Shown piece by piece: positions 20,714 through 31,565 of a stretch of 64,000 nt of DNA (its first letter is position 1; the number at the start of each line of letters is the position of its first letter). The notes beneath the pieces were generated by a model. That model made no database searches, was not told where the DNA came from, and worked only from the letters and a program-made list of their open reading frames with translations. The stretch is from assembly GCA_900759335.1 (NCBI GenBank), contig CAAEUX010000102.1, forward strand, positions 78,713 through 142,712, read 5' to 3'. The DNA is from an uncultured Collinsella sp. GTDB lineage: Bacteria > Actinomycetota > Coriobacteriia > Coriobacteriales > Coriobacteriaceae. The position numbers were made by a program, and so were the translations under genes.

Positions 20714-20749
20714 GGGGCAGCTAAATAAGCCCCGTCCCAAATTAGCTAC
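20714..20749 (-). repeat. Copy 3 of the repeat, inverted. With copy 2 it forms a ~106-bp composite palindrome.
   Basis: Reverse complement of 20714-20749 is GTAGCTAATTTGGGACGGGGCTTATTTAGCTGCCCC. The first 19-20 nt are identical to copy 2, so a long RNA hairpin is possible. Confidence 0.6.
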
Positions 20750-20824
20750 TTATGGTAAAGCAATTTAGCAAGAAACTAGCATTTGACCTGCAAGTTTGCT
20801 GCATTGGTATCTTCATAAGGTAAC

Positions 20825-20870
20825 CACATTTACCTACCGTTTACCACCAGTTTTAGCACGTTTACCAAAC
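20825..20870 (+). promoter_or_regulatory. Phased TTTACC direct repeats upstream of ppdK (candidate transcription-factor site). An AT-rich promoter region lies at 20750-20900.
   Basis: TTTACC at 20829, 20840 and 20861, spaced 11 and 21 bp, about 120 bp upstream of the ppdK GTG. Also TTGACC at 20793 as a possible -35. Confidence 0.35.
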
Positions 20871-20988
20871 CGCGCATCCTCTGCTTAAGCCCGCTCAAAA
20901 CCCGCCGTATAGTTCCCTCACGGCCCGCATCTGGCGGGTCGATTTGTTACCACGGTCGTGCGCGTAAGCGCATGGAAGGGGAAGTATC

Positions 20989-23739
<2,751 letters not shown>

Positions 23740-23777
23740 CGTTTTGGGTTTAGACGCCTAGCTTAGCCCCCCTTCAT

Positions 23778-23835
23778 ACCGCCCGTCTCATTCGTGAGGC
23801 GGGCGGTTATCATGTGCGGGTTTTGTCTTTTTGTC
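23778..23835 (+). terminator. Probable intrinsic terminator of ppdK
   Basis: ACCGCCCG...CGGGCGGT stem followed by a T-rich tract (TTATCATGTGCGGGTTTTGTCTTTTTGTC). Confidence 0.55.
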
Positions 23836-23852
23836 TGCGTAAAAAAATGTTC

Positions 23853-23880
23853 TTGCAGCGGAAACCCGCGCGTGTATACT
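23853..23880 (+). promoter_or_regulatory. Sigma-70-like promoter of the relocated rplS: TTGCAG, 16 nt, TATACT.
   Basis: TTGCAG at 23853-23858 and TATACT at 23875-23880, about 70 nt upstream of the rplS ATG. Confidence 0.6.
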
Positions 23881-23949
23881 CGAATACGTTTGTTCAACTA
23901 CGTGCCGGCCAAGGTGGTACGGCACCTCTAGAAGAGTAAGGAATTGCAC

Positions 23950-24291
23950 ATGGATTACATCCGCGCAATCGAGCGTCAGCAGATCCGCGAGGACATTCCT
24001 CAGGTTCGCGTCGCCGACAACGTCAAGGTTCACTACCGCATTAAGGAAGGCGACCGCGAGCGCATCCAGGTCTTCCAGGGCGACGTCATCCGCATGGCCG
24101 GCGCCGGTGCCCGCGAGACCTTCACCGTCCGCAAGATGTCCTTCGGTGTCGGTGTTGAGCGTACCTTCCCGCTTCACAGCCCCAAGATCGCCAAGCTCGA
24201 GGTCGTTCGTCATGGTCGCGTCCGTCGCGCCAAGCTGTACTACCTCCGCGACAAGGTGGGCAAGGCTGCTCGCATCCCCGAGAAGCGCTAA
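23950..24291 (+). CDS. rplS: 50S ribosomal protein L19
   Basis: MDYIRAIE...[22 protein letters not shown]...[13 protein letters not shown] are canonical L19. TAAGGA RBS 7 nt upstream of the ATG at 23950. Confidence 0.95.
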   Translation: MDYIRAIERQQIREDIPQVRVADNVKVHYRIKEGDRERIQVFQGDVIRMAGAGARETFTVRKMSFGVGVERTFPLHSPKIAKLEVVRHGRVRRAKLYYLRDKVGKAARIPEKR

Positions 24292-24325
24292 GAAGATTGC
24301 AGCGTCTGTCCACTCGTTTGGACAC

Positions 24326-24356
24326 AAGGGTCACCTTCGGGTGGCCCTTCTTTTTA
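24326..24356 (+). terminator. Intrinsic terminator after rplS
   Basis: AAGGGTCACC-TTCG-GGTGGCCCTT hairpin (one G:U) followed by TTCTTTTT. Confidence 0.75.
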
Positions 24357-24384
24357 TCTGATTTGCATGCAAGGAGGGCCTGGT

Positions 24385-25173
24385 ATGGCCAATATGACGA
24401 GCTCGGTTTCGGCATCGCAGGTTGCCGGAGAGCTGGCGAGCGCAACGTTTGAGGAGATCCCCGCCCTCGTGGAGCATTATCGCGAGGACCCGCGCCAGCA
24501 GGTGATCAAGGCTCGCGAGCGTGCTCTTAAGCGCCATGCCAAGGAACTTGCCGAGCGCGAGCGCGTCAATGGCATGTACGAACTTATGCATGAGCTTGGC
24601 GGCGATGGGGTGGTCGTTGGTGTCGACGAGGTGGGTCGCGGATCGGTGGCCGGTCCCCTGACGGTGTGTGCCGTGTGCCTTCCCATGGAGCCGCGCGTCT
24701 GGGGTATCAACGATTCCAAAAAGCTTACGCCGGCGCGTCGCGAGCTGCTCTCGGTGAAGATTGCCGAGGTCGCGACGGCGATTGGTTTTTGCCATATCGC
24801 GCCTGCGGATATCGATGAGATGGGTATGGCCCGCGCTATCCGTACCGCCGTCGCGGGTGCGGTGGCCGATACGGGGCTCGAGCCCGATTGCGTCCTCATG
24901 GACGGCAACCCCCTGGGCGCCGTTTCTAACGAGCGCGATGTGGTGAAGGGCGATGCCAAAATCGCCTGCATCGCCGCGGCGTCCATCATGGCCAAGGTCA
25001 CGCGTGACGAGATGATGGTCGAGTACGATGCCGAGTATCCCGAGTACCATCTGGCCGAGTCGAAGGGCTATGCGAGTCCCGAGCACATCGAGGCCATTCG
25101 CAAACATGGACTTTGTCCGCTGCACCGCGTGAGCTTTTGCGGAAACTTTCTGCAGACTGAGCGCCTTTTCTAG
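24385..25173 (+). CDS. rnhB: Ribonuclease HII, with a ~70-aa N-terminal extension
   Basis: VVVGVDEVGRGSVAGPL and GINDSKKLTPARRE motifs (the DEDD catalytic core). ATG at 24385 follows AAGGAGGG. The track ORF starts at 24367. Confidence 0.85.
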   Translation: MANMTSSVSASQVAGELASATFEEIPALVEHYREDPRQQVIKARERALKRHAKELAERERVNGMYELMHELGGDGVVVGVDEVGRGSVAGPLTVCAVCLPMEPRVWGINDSKKLTPARRELLSVKIAEVATAIGFCHIAPADIDEMGMARAIRTAVAGAVADTGLEPDCVLMDGNPLGAVSNERDVVKGDAKIACIAAASIMAKVTRDEMMVEYDAEYPEYHLAESKGYASPEHIEAIRKHGLCPLHRVSFCGNFLQTERLF

Positions 25174-25223
25174 GTCAATTGTGGAGACAGGGACCTTTGG
25201 GGTTTTATAAACCTGCTGGTAGC

Positions 25224-25265
25224 GGGCCGTATGCAACACCATTGCTGCGTACGGCCCGTTTTTTG
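25224..25265 (+). terminator. Candidate intrinsic terminator/attenuator between rnhB and yraN
   Basis: GGGCCGTA...TACGGCCC 8-bp stem followed by GTTTTTT. Confidence 0.5.
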
Positions 25266-25362
25266 ACGGCATTTGGTCAGCTTTTGGTTTGCTTCCGGTA
25301 CTTACCCGCATGAAAGGTGCCCTCATCATCGGGGCAATGCAGTGTGCTGGAAAGGAGACCCC

Positions 25363-25848
25363 ATGAGTGCCGCAAGCAAAAAGAGCAAGACGCAGCAGCT
25401 CAAGGAGCGTTGGGAAAACGGCGAGCTCGACTGCGGGGCGATGACGCCCGAGTTTATCAAGGGGCTCAGCCCTCGCGAGCTGGGCATGCTGGGCGAGCTG
25501 ATCACCATCGACTACTTTAACGAGCGCGGCTACACCTTGCTGGAGCAGGGCTATCGTTGCACTGAGGGCGAGGCCGACCTGGTGTTGCTCGATGAGCTTG
25601 ACGATGTCGTGGTGATGGCTGAGGTCAAGACCAGGCGCGTCGCCCTGGATTGCACCACGCGGGTCTTTCCCGAGGAGGCCGTGGATGCCCAAAAGCAGCG
25701 TCGGTATCGCCGTATCGCAAGTTGCTATCTCATGGAGCACTATCCGCTCAAGGCGATCCGCTTCGATGCAGTGGGTGTCACCATTCGCGGCGGGCATATC
25801 GCCGAGATCGAGCATCAGTACAACGCGTTCGATTGGCAGGTGTCGTGA
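25363..25848 (+). CDS. yraN: YraN-family (UPF0102) endonuclease-like protein
   Basis: PD-(D/E)xK-like core (GEADLVLLD...MAEVKTRR). Conserved position between rnhB and the comM/dprA genes. ATG at 25363 follows AAGGAGA. Confidence 0.8.
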   Translation: MSAASKKSKTQQLKERWENGELDCGAMTPEFIKGLSPRELGMLGELITIDYFNERGYTLLEQGYRCTEGEADLVLLDELDDVVVMAEVKTRRVALDCTTRVFPEEAVDAQKQRRYRRIASCYLMEHYPLKAIRFDAVGVTIRGGHIAEIEHQYNAFDWQVS

Positions 25849-27371
25849 TGGCGTTCGAGACGTTTGCCGTTCACGCGGCCTGCATCCGCGGCGTCGAGGC
25901 GATTCCCGTCACGGTCGAGGTCTCGCTTGCCGGTGGCGTTCCGGGCATTCAGATGCTCGGTATTCCGAGTATGGAGGTGATGGAGTCACGTGGTCGTATT
26001 CGCTGTGCGATGCGCTCGGCCGGCTTTGAGATCCCGCGCTCGGGCATTACGGTCAATCTGGCGCCCGGCGATATTCGCAAGACCGGTAGCGGCTTTGATC
26101 TGCCCATCGCCATCGCGGTTCTAGCGGCCGATGGTCAGATTCCCCGCGACAACCTCGATCGTTGTCTTATCGCCGGCGAGCTCGGCTTGGACGGCACGGT
26201 GCTTCCTGTCAAAGGCGAGGTGGCGTTTCAGCTATTGGCTCGCGACATGGGGCTGTCTTTTATCGCCGGCAGGTCCGACCAGCATGTGCCACTCGCGGGC
26301 GTGGATTGCGGCTTTATCGACCATCTGTCTCAGCTTGCTCACGGCATGGGCGATGCCGCACGGCACTACTTGGATTCCGAGGGTGTCGAGGCGACCTTTG
26401 AGCCCGAGCTCGACTATGCAGACGTGCTGGGGCAGGAAGTCGCTAAACGCGGCATGGCGCTTGCGGCGGCAGGAGAACTCGGCTTGCTCATGATCGGGTC
26501 TCCGGGATCGGGCAAGACGATGCTCGCACGCCGTATGACCGGCATCCTGCCCGAGCTTTCCGTCGAGGATCAGCAGGAGGCACTGTGCATCCATTCGGTT
26601 TTGGGTGAGAACATTGATGGCTTGTTGGCGGGGCACCGCCCCTTCCGCAGTCCCCATCACAGTATTTCGACCGCAGGCCTTATCGGCGGTGGGCGCCCGG
26701 TGCACCCGGGTGAGATCAGCCTTGCTCATGGCGGCGTGCTATTTTTGGACGAGCTTGCCGAGTTTCCCACGGGCGTACTGCAGACGCTGCGTCAGCCCAT
26801 CGAACGCGGTTATGTGAGGATCGTACGCGTCGACGGGGCCTTTACCTTCCCGTCGCGCTTTCAGCTGCTCGCTGCGAGCAATCCCTGCCCCTGCGGCTTT
26901 TTGGGCGACCGTGAGGTGCCATGCCGCTGCTCGGCGGCGATGGTCGAGCGCTATCGGTCTAAACTGCGCGGTCCTTTGGCCGACCGTATCGACATGATGA
27001 TTGATGTGACCCGTCCCGACCCTCAAGTGATTATCGAGGGTGCGGAGGGCATGTCGTCGGCCGAGTTACGTGACTACGTTGTGCGCGGTCGCGCCTTTCG
27101 CGCTTGGCGCGAATCCCGCATGGACGATGCGGATGCCGAGGCCGAGGATGACGAGACACGGTCCATTGACGGCGTCGTTTCGACCTTTGAGCTCGATGAT
27201 GCGGCGGAGAAGTGTGTGCTCGGCCTGTCGAAGCGCACGCATCTCACAGGGCGTGGCATCGTGCGCCTTGTTCGCATTGCGCGCACGATCGCAGATGTCG
27301 CCGAGAGCGAGCAGGTGACGCAGGACCACGTGCTCGAGGCGGCGATGTACCAGGGAAGGAGGGACCAATGA
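25848..27371 (+). CDS. comM: YifB/ComM-family Mg-chelatase-like AAA+ ATPase
   Basis: Lon-protease-like N-terminal domain, Walker A GSPGSGKTM, C-terminal Mg-chelatase ChlI domain. ATG overlaps the yraN stop (TGATG). Confidence 0.9.
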   Translation: MAFETFAVHAACIRGVEAIPVTVEVSLAGGVPGIQMLGIPSMEVMESRGRIRCAMRSAGFEIPRSGITVNLAPGDIRKTGSGFDLPIAIAVLAADGQIPRDNLDRCLIAGELGLDGTVLPVKGEVAFQLLARDMGLSFIAGRSDQHVPLAGVDCGFIDHLSQLAHGMGDAARHYLDSEGVEATFEPELDYADVLGQEVAKRGMALAAAGELGLLMIGSPGSGKTMLARRMTGILPELSVEDQQEALCIHSVLGENIDGLLAGHRPFRSPHHSISTAGLIGGGRPVHPGEISLAHGGVLFLDELAEFPTGVLQTLRQPIERGYVRIVRVDGAFTFPSRFQLLAASNPCPCGFLGDREVPCRCSAAMVERYRSKLRGPLADRIDMMIDVTRPDPQVIIEGAEGMSSAELRDYVVRGRAFRAWRESRMDDADAEAEDDETRSIDGVVSTFELDDAAEKCVLGLSKRTHLTGRGIVRLVRIARTIADVAESEQVTQDHVLEAAMYQGRRDQ

Positions 27372-28303
27372 TGGCTGAGGGGACCTTCGAGCTGCATCCA
27401 GGTGACGCGTTGTATCCCGAGACCGTTTTGGAGCTTTCTGATGTACCCCAGACGCTATATGTGCGCGGCAATCCCGAGGTGCTTTCGACACCCGCGCTCT
27501 CCATCATCGGCGCGCGCAAGGCCTCGCCGTATGGTCTTGCCGTGGCAGAGCTTGCGGCGAAGGTGGCGGTTGAGGCGGGAGTGACGGTAGTTTCGGGCGG
27601 TGCGGTCGGTTGTGACCAGGCCTCGGGTTGGGCTGCGGTCAACGCCGGCGGCAAACACGTTGTGGTGCTGGGGACGGGCGCCGACGTGGTCTACCCGCGT
27701 TCGAGCGCGGGGCTGATTACGCGCACGCTTGATACGGGTGGCGCGGTCGTGTCGATCTCTCCGTGGGGCATGGGTCCGCGCAAGTTCGCCTTTCCGCGCC
27801 GCAATCGCGTAATCGCGGCCCTGTCGCAAGCCCTCTTTGTATCCGAGGCGGGTATGCCTTCTGGGACGTTTTCTACAGCCGAGGCTGCTATGGATTTGGG
27901 GCGCGAACTTCTTGCCGTGCCGGGGTCGATCCTATCGCCCGAGTCGCGTGGCACGAATTACCTCATTGCGAACGGTGCCTGCTGCATCGTCGACGAGGAA
28001 TCTATCGAGATGGCTATCTCACGCATCTACGGAACCCTGCGCTACTCGCGCCCCGATGCTCCCGGCATTGCCGACCTAGATCCAACGCAGCAGACCGTGA
28101 TGCATGCGCTCATCGCCTCTCCGCTCAAGGTCGACGACATCGCGGCGCTCGTCTCGCTCGATGCTGTCGGCGTACTCAAACTCTTGGGTTCGCTTGAACT
28201 CGAGGGCCTTATCGAGCGCATGATGGATGGAAGGTATGCGCCCTCCAAGTTTGCCCTTCACGCCCAGACACCCTTCGGTCACAATGGAAAACGTGTCAAT
28301 TAG
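27368..28303 (+). CDS. dprA: DNA-processing protein A (Smf; Rossmann-fold ssDNA/RecA loader)
   Basis: LSIIGARKASPYGLAVAELAAKVA...VVSGGAVGCDQAS...VLGTGADVVYP is the canonical DprA core. ATGATG overlap with the comM stop. Confidence 0.9.
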   Translation: MMAEGTFELHPGDALYPETVLELSDVPQTLYVRGNPEVLSTPALSIIGARKASPYGLAVAELAAKVAVEAGVTVVSGGAVGCDQASGWAAVNAGGKHVVVLGTGADVVYPRSSAGLITRTLDTGGAVVSISPWGMGPRKFAFPRRNRVIAALSQALFVSEAGMPSGTFSTAEAAMDLGRELLAVPGSILSPESRGTNYLIANGACCIVDEESIEMAISRIYGTLRYSRPDAPGIADLDPTQQTVMHALIASPLKVDDIAALVSLDAVGVLKLLGSLELEGLIERMMDGRYAPSKFALHAQTPFGHNGKRVN

Positions 28304-28311
28304 AAAGGTGT

Positions 28312-29655
28312 TTGCAGATGCAGTTCGATCAGGTGACAGTTATCGGTGGCGGTCTGGCGGGTTCGGAGTGCGCGATCCAGCTGGCAGATCGCGGGTTTGC
28401 CGTAAAGCTGTGCGAGATGCGCCCCCAGGTGAGCTCCCCGGCCCACCATACTGATCACCTGGCAGAGCTCGTCTGCTCCAATTCGTTTAAGTCGACCCGT
28501 CCGGATTCCGCGGCTGGTTTGCTGAAGGCCGAGCTTGAGCGCATGGGTTCAGTCCTGCTCGATTGCGCCCATCGCGCGGCTGTTCCCGCCGGTGGCGCCT
28601 TGGCGGTCGACCGCGTCAAGTTTTCCGAGCTTGTCGAGGCCGAGGTTGCCGCTCGTCCCAATATCGAGGTCGTGCACGGCGAGGTCACGCAGATTCCCGA
28701 GGGTCACGTGGTCATTGCCGCGGGCCCGCTGTGTTCACCGGCGCTGAGCGAAGAGGTCATGAAGCTCGTCGGTGGCGACGCCCTTGCGTTCTTCGATGCC
28801 GCGGCGCCGATCGTCGATGCCTCCACGCTCGATATGGACGTGCTGTTTTCGCAGTCGCGCTATGAGGAGCAGGGGAGCGGCGACTATCTCAACGCTCCGC
28901 TCAACAAGGAGGAGTACGAGGCCTTTATCGAGGCACTTACCACGGCCGACCGCGTGGTGCTCAAAGACTTTGAGGGCGGCGATCTGTTCCAGGCCTGCCA
29001 GCCTGCCGAGGAAGTTGCGCGCACCGGCAAGGACGCCATTCGCTTTGGCGCCATGAAGCCCGTCGGCCTCACCGACCCGCGTACCGGACGTCGCCCCTGG
29101 GCGGCGATTCAGCTGCGTGCCGAGAACAAGGAGAAGACCGCCTATAACCTGGTGGGCTTCCAGACCAACTTGACCTTTGGCGAGCAGAAGCGCGTCTTCC
29201 ATATGGTGCCGGGCCTGGAGAACGCTGAGTTCTTCCGCTACGGTGTCATGCATCGCAATACCTTTGTCGACGCTCCGCACGTGCTCGATGGCACCTTTGC
29301 CGTGCCCGGTACCGGCGTGCGCCTGGCCGGTCAGATCACCGGCACCGAGGGGTACATGGAAGCCGTGGCGACAGGTCTTCTCGCGGCGCTCAACACCTAT
29401 GCCGAGGCTATCGGTGCCGCGGGCGTCGAGTTGCCGCGTGTGGGCGCCCTGGGTGCGCTCGTGGGCTATGCGACCGATCCTGCCACCGTGGGCTATCAGC
29501 CTATGCATGTCAACTTTGGCCTGGTGCCGCCACTCGAGGATGGTAAGCGCCGCAGCAAGCGCGACCGATATCAGGCCTATGCGGACCGTGCGCTCGAGGC
29601 CCTCGATGCCTACTTGGCCACGCGTTCCGACTTGTTTGGAGGCGACCGGTCATAG
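28312..29655 (+). CDS. trmFO: Methylenetetrahydrofolate--tRNA-(uracil54-C5)-methyltransferase TrmFO (Gid)
   Basis: FAD-binding VIGGGLAGSE N-terminus. GidA-like fold. The dprA-trmFO-xerC synteny is typical of Firmicutes and Coriobacteriia. Confidence 0.9.
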   Translation: MQMQFDQVTVIGGGLAGSECAIQLADRGFAVKLCEMRPQVSSPAHHTDHLAELVCSNSFKSTRPDSAAGLLKAELERMGSVLLDCAHRAAVPAGGALAVDRVKFSELVEAEVAARPNIEVVHGEVTQIPEGHVVIAAGPLCSPALSEEVMKLVGGDALAFFDAAAPIVDASTLDMDVLFSQSRYEEQGSGDYLNAPLNKEEYEAFIEALTTADRVVLKDFEGGDLFQACQPAEEVARTGKDAIRFGAMKPVGLTDPRTGRRPWAAIQLRAENKEKTAYNLVGFQTNLTFGEQKRVFHMVPGLENAEFFRYGVMHRNTFVDAPHVLDGTFAVPGTGVRLAGQITGTEGYMEAVATGLLAALNTYAEAIGAAGVELPRVGALGALVGYATDPATVGYQPMHVNFGLVPPLEDGKRRSKRDRYQAYADRALEALDAYLATRSDLFGGDRS

Positions 29656-29729
29656 CCTTTGACCTGTACGACACCGTCGACTCGTTTATCGCCTATATCG
29701 CACGCGTCGAGGGTCTTTCTCCCAACACG

Positions 29730-30572
29730 GTGACGGCCTATGGCTCGAGGCTGGAGCGCTTTGCTGCCTGGTGCGAGCGCGAGGATATTGATGCTTTCGC
29801 TGCCGACGTGCGCACCATTCGTCGCTATCTTGCTGAGCTTTCGCGTGAGCAGGTGGCTCCCCGAACGCTTGCGGCGCACCTGTCGGCTATCCGATCTCTC
29901 TATCGCTGGATGGCTGCCGAGGGGATTGTCGAGGGCGATGCGGTCTCGGCGATCGCATCGCCCAAGCTGCCGCGTGACCTGCCGGGCGTCCTTACGACCA
30001 AGCAGGTCGAGGCGCTGCTCAAGACGCCTGATACCTCGACGTCCGCGGGACTGCGCGATGCGGCGATGCTCGAGCTACTCTATGCCGCGGGTGCTCGTAT
30101 CTCTGAGCTCGCAGCACTCAATGTGGAGTCCATCGCTTGGTCCGAGCGAACGCTGCACCTGTGGGGCAAGGGGAGCAAGGAGCGTATCGTTCCTCTGTAT
30201 CGTCGTGCGCTCGAGGTGACGCGTCTCTATATTGAGGAGGGGAGGCCGGAGTTGCTCGCTCAGGCAAAGCGCCGCGACCCCGCTACCGGGCCGCATCCGC
30301 TGCTTATATCGGCGCGCGGCAATCGCATGAGTGCCGCCATGCTCAGGCGGCGGTTCCATATGCTGGCGACGCTCGCCGGCATTCCGGCCGATATCGCCCC
30401 GCATGCGATGCGCCATACCTTTGCGACCGACTTGCTCGAGGGCGGTGCGGACCTGCGCTCGGTTCAAGAGCTGCTGGGCCATGCGAGCCTGTCCACGACG
30501 CAGATCTACACGCATCTCACACCCGATCGGCTTAAGCGGGCTGTGGCTCAAGCCCATCCCCGCGGCGAATAG
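29730..30572 (+). CDS. xerC: Tyrosine recombinase XerC/XerD. Coordinates run from the first canonical start (GTG at 29730); conserved N-terminal sequence continues in frame upstream from ~29658.
   Basis: Catalytic R...HxxR...Y signature (HAMRHTFATDLLEGGADLRSVQELLGHASLSTTQIYTHL). Upstream in-frame FDLYDTVDSFIAYIARVEGLSPNTVTAYG matches the XerC core-binding domain but has no ATG/GTG/TTG. Confidence 0.8.
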   Translation: MTAYGSRLERFAAWCEREDIDAFAADVRTIRRYLAELSREQVAPRTLAAHLSAIRSLYRWMAAEGIVEGDAVSAIASPKLPRDLPGVLTTKQVEALLKTPDTSTSAGLRDAAMLELLYAAGARISELAALNVESIAWSERTLHLWGKGSKERIVPLYRRALEVTRLYIEEGRPELLAQAKRRDPATGPHPLLISARGNRMSAAMLRRRFHMLATLAGIPADIAPHAMRHTFATDLLEGGADLRSVQELLGHASLSTTQIYTHLTPDRLKRAVAQAHPRGE

Positions 30573-30658
30573 TGGCTGGGACGTCCCGCGCCGCGCTCAG
30601 GTGTGTGGTTTTGATTGCGGGTTGGCAGGAAGATGCATTCCTGCTATCATTCATCGGG

Positions 30659-30683
30659 TTGCTTCACGGCAACATGTTTTTAT
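30659..30683 (+). terminator. Weak intrinsic terminator after xerC
   Basis: GTTGCTTCACGGCAAC hairpin followed by ATGTTTTTA. A second hairpin, GCAGGAAGATGCATTCCTGC, lies at 30625-30644. Confidence 0.4.
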
Positions 30684-30791
30684 CACGCACGCGCGGCTAC
30701 TTCATACCGTGGTGCCCGGGCTTTGGTAGCACATGTCCGGGTTGGTTTTGGAGGATGACCCCGCGCGGAGGCAAACCACAGGAGGTTTAAC

Positions 30792-31520
30792 ATGGCTACC
30801 AAGATTAATATCCGCACCCTGCTCGAGGCCGGCTGCCACTTCGGTCACCAGACCCGTCGCTGGAACCCTAAGATGAAGCCGTTCATCTTCGGTGAGCGCA
30901 ACGGCATCTACATCCTCGACCTCAAGCAGACCATCCTCGACGCCGACCAGGCCTACACCTTCGTCAAGAACGTCGCCAAGGGTGGCAACGTGCTGTTCGT
31001 CGGCACCAAGAAGCAGGCTCAGGAGGCCGTCAAGAACGCTGCTGAGCGCGCCAACATGCCCTACATTAACCAGCGTTGGCTCGGCGGTATGCTGACCAAC
31101 TTCGTCACCATCCGCTCCCGCATCAACCGCATGGAGGAGCTCGAGGCCATGGTCGAGGACGGCCGCATGGCTGTTCTGCCCAAGAAGGAGCAGGCTGTTC
31201 TCGGCAAGGAGCTCACCAAGCTCCAGACCAACCTCGGTGGCGCTCGCGACATGAAGGGTCTGCCCCAGGCTCTCTTCGTCATCGACACCAAGCGCGAGGA
31301 GAACGCCATCAAGGAGGCTCAGCGCCTGAACATTCCCGTCGTCGCTCTGATCGACACCAACTCCGATCCCGACGAGGTCGAGTACGGCATCCCCTGCAAC
31401 GATGACGCTATCTCCGCTGTCACCCTTATGTGCGAGCTCATGGCTGACGCCTGCCTCGCTGGCTCCGGCAAGGAGCAGGTCTCCGAGGCCGAGATGGCCG
31501 CTGAGCCCAAGGCCGAGTAA
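30792..31520 (+). CDS. rpsB: 30S ribosomal protein S2
   Basis: [28 protein letters not shown]... is canonical S2. Confidence 0.95.
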   Translation: MATKINIRTLLEAGCHFGHQTRRWNPKMKPFIFGERNGIYILDLKQTILDADQAYTFVKNVAKGGNVLFVGTKKQAQEAVKNAAERANMPYINQRWLGGMLTNFVTIRSRINRMEELEAMVEDGRMAVLPKKEQAVLGKELTKLQTNLGGARDMKGLPQALFVIDTKREENAIKEAQRLNIPVVALIDTNSDPDEVEYGIPCNDDAISAVTLMCELMADACLAGSGKEQVSEAEMAAEPKAE

Positions 31521-31565
31521 ATCAGTCTTAGTTAATTCTTTTTCATCTCTTTGAAAGGAACCACA

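Noticed and set aside
25650-25847. Upstream 66-codon extension of the comM/yifB ORF in the track
   Set aside because: The extension lies in-frame inside yraN. The true ComM N-terminus (MAFETFAVHAA...) starts at the ATG at 25848, overlapping the yraN stop.
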